DNA from: an uncultured Acidobacteriota bacterium
GTDB taxonomy: Bacteria; Acidobacteriota; Terriglobia; UBA7540
DNA length: 64,000 bases
Direction of reading: 5' to 3'
Assembly (NCBI GenBank): GCA_963804995.1
Contig: CAWDSK010000005.1
Span: 800,001 to 864,000 of the forward strand
Within the stretch, counting starts at the first letter, position 1, and each line of letters begins with the position of its first letter. The position numbers were made by a program, and so were the translations under genes. Positions 62,163-64,000 of this stretch are shown here, one piece after another. The notes beneath the pieces are model-generated. The model had not been told where the DNA came from. It saw nothing but the letters and a program-made list of their open reading frames with translations, and made no database searches.

Positions 62163-63404
62163 ATGAATTCACGCGAGCGGCTATTGGCTGCCATCCGGCA
62201 TGAGCGGCCCGATCATGTGCCCCTTTACTGCCAGTGCTTCGGTTTTACAGCCCCTCCGCACCTACGCTGGCAGAAAGGCGGCCGCGAAGTCCCGCATTGG
62301 TACTCCATGCGCCACGAACACATCCACACCTGGCCCGAACCGTGGTCGGTCGAGCACGACTTTGAGCGCGTGCGCCGCTGGGCAAGCCTCGGGTTGGATG
62401 ATGTGTTGGAGATTTCCCCGCCCTGGGGATTGCACCCCGACGTGCGAATCCGCGACTGGCAGGAACCACCTACCGCATCTGAACGCTATGCACTGCTTTG
62501 CCGTGAATATGAAACTCCGGCGGGACCGTTGCGGCACGTGATCCGTCGCACGGATGAAGAGATGGATCCGGGCTGGGTCATTCAGGCTGACCACGTCGCC
62601 TTATTCGAGGATCTCAACATCCCCCGCGGCGTAAGGCATGCCGTGGAGGGTCCCGAGGATCTTCCCAAGCTCCGGTATCTTTTGCAGGACCCCAGCCCCG
62701 ATCAGCTCGCGGCGTATCGTGAAAGAGTCGCCAAGGTCCGGCGCTTCGCTCAGGAACAGGGTGTCCTGGTATTTGGATGGAGCGCGTTCGGCATGGACGC
62801 GGTCACCTGGCTGTGCGGAGTCGAACGCACCGTGATGGCCGCCATGACCGAGCCGGATTTCTTTCAGGAACTCATTGATTTGGTCTCTGACTTTGACCGG
62901 CGGCGGACCGAGATGATGCTCGAGGTCGGGGGAGCCGATGTGGTCGTACAGCGCGGATGGTATAGCTCCACAAGCTTCTGGTCGCCCTCCCTCTTTCAGC
63001 GGTTCCTGACTCCCGGCATCCGGCGCCTCGCGGACTTGACGCATCAAGCCGGCGCCAAATTTGCTTATGCCATGACCACCGGAGCACTGGCCATGGCCGA
63101 CGAACTCCTTGCCGCCGATATTGACCTGCTTCTCTATGTCGACCCCACCCAGGAGGCCAGCGGTCTGGCGGCGGTGAAGGATAAGTTCAAAGGCCGCATC
63201 GCCGTGGCGGGCGGCATCAGCAGCGCGGTGACATTGCACGGAGGTTCTCGTGAGGAAATACGGCAGGCGGTCGAGGTGGCGGTCCGGCAATTGGGTCCGC
63301 GCGGGTTTATCCTGGCGCCGGTGTCTTCCCTTGGGCCCGACGTACCCTGGTCCAATGTGGAGGCGATGATCGAGGCTTGGCGGGAATTCCGGAATTGCAC
63401 TTAG
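62163..63404 (+). CDS. Uroporphyrinogen decarboxylase/MtaA-CmuA-like family protein
   Basis: [33 protein letters not shown]...L..G..EEI; GFILAP; NVEAM. Confidence 0.85.
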   Translation: MNSRERLLAAIRHERPDHVPLYCQCFGFTAPPHLRWQKGGREVPHWYSMRHEHIHTWPEPWSVEHDFERVRRWASLGLDDVLEISPPWGLHPDVRIRDWQEPPTASERYALLCREYETPAGPLRHVIRRTDEEMDPGWVIQADHVALFEDLNIPRGVRHAVEGPEDLPKLRYLLQDPSPDQLAAYRERVAKVRRFAQEQGVLVFGWSAFGMDAVTWLCGVERTVMAAMTEPDFFQELIDLVSDFDRRRTEMMLEVGGADVVVQRGWYSSTSFWSPSLFQRFLTPGIRRLADLTHQAGAKFAYAMTTGALAMADELLAADIDLLLYVDPTQEASGLAAVKDKFKGRIAVAGGISSAVTLHGGSREEIRQAVEVAVRQLGPRGFILAPVSSLGPDVPWSNVEAMIEAWREFRNCT

Positions 63405-64000
63405 GTGGTTTGCGGCGGAGAAGTTCTTAACGACCCCACAAGATCCGAGAGCTGCAATTGCTTGCGCCGGCAATACTCGCGAATGCCTTCCACAATCCGC
63501 GGCGAGGTTCCGGGGTCGTAGAAGTTTGCCGTTCCCACTTGCACGGCACGCGCCCCGGCGATGATGAATTCCAGCGCATCCTCAGCGCTCGCGATGCCGC
63601 CGATGCCAATGATGGGAATCTTCACAGCGCGCGCCGCCTGGTAGACCATGCGCAACGCCACGGGCTTGATCCCCGGGCCGGAAAGCCCTGCCGTGACGTT
63701 GGAGATTCGGGGCGCCCGCGTTTCGATGTCGATAGCCATTCCCACGAACGTGTTGACCAGCGAGAGAGCGTCGGCGCCGGCGCTTTCCGCGACGCGCGCG
63801 AACATCGCAATGTCGGTGACGTTCGGCGAAAGCTTGACAAAGAGCGGATAGCGCGCCGCCTTCTTCGACGCCGCCACCACTTCCTCCGTCAAGCGAGGAT
63901 CGCTGCCGTACACAATGCCCCCACAGCGCGTGTTGGGGCAGGAGATATTCAGCTCATACGCCGCGATGCCTTCACCCTCATTCAGGATTTCGATGCAGCG
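63401..64000 (-). CDS. pyrD: Dihydroorotate dehydrogenase, family 1 catalytic subunit (5' end outside the window)
   Basis: [41 protein letters not shown]. Confidence 0.93.
   Translation of the reverse strand, partial: RCIEILNEGEGIAAYELNISCPNTRCGGIVYGSDPRLTEEVVAASKKAARYPLFVKLSPNVTDIAMFARVAESAGADALSLVNTFVGMAIDIETRAPRISNVTAGLSGPGIKPVALRMVYQAARAVKIPIIGIGGIASAEDALEFIIAGARAVQVGTANFYDPGTSPRIVEGIREYCRRKQLQLSDLVGSLRTSPPQTT

Noticed and set aside
1..64000. tRNA, rRNA or known riboswitch
   Set aside because: None recognised by eye; a covariance-model search was not possible

Overview
GC-rich bacterial chromosomal window, most likely Acidobacteriota (Terriglobia), judged from an Oar-like TonB-dependent receptor, four tandem ADOP-type permeases and many Tat-exported Gfo/Idh/MocA and TIM-barrel proteins. 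Coding content: (1) 0.3-15.4 kb, a minus-strand carbohydrate-utilisation locus; (2) a ~2.9 kb GlmU-like nucleotidyltransferase/GHMP kinase fusion; (3) four tandem ADOP permeases with near-identical DNA ends; (4) an orphan RHH antitoxin behind a truncated PIN toxin, inside a dense patch of small repeats; (5) FecR, CHASE2 cyclase and YdcF; (6) S9 peptidase, enolase-family and M81 genes that appear to be decaying; (7) MlaD, an oxidoreductase, an amidohydrolase and an Ig-like protein; (8) a LolA-like/ABC operon with an ISKra4-family IS upstream; (9) GH30, beta-helix, deacetylase, GH79, URO-D and partial pyrD. About 14 single-base frameshifts, mostly +1 insertions, suggest long-read errors. The most unusual non-coding signal is a dispersed repeat that reads on the minus strand as a sigma-28-like promoter (CTCAwn-N15-GCCGATAA) fused to a conserved downstream segment. 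It occurs in two clusters with the same 149-bp spacing, far from any flagellar gene. All family calls come from motif recognition; no database searches were run.
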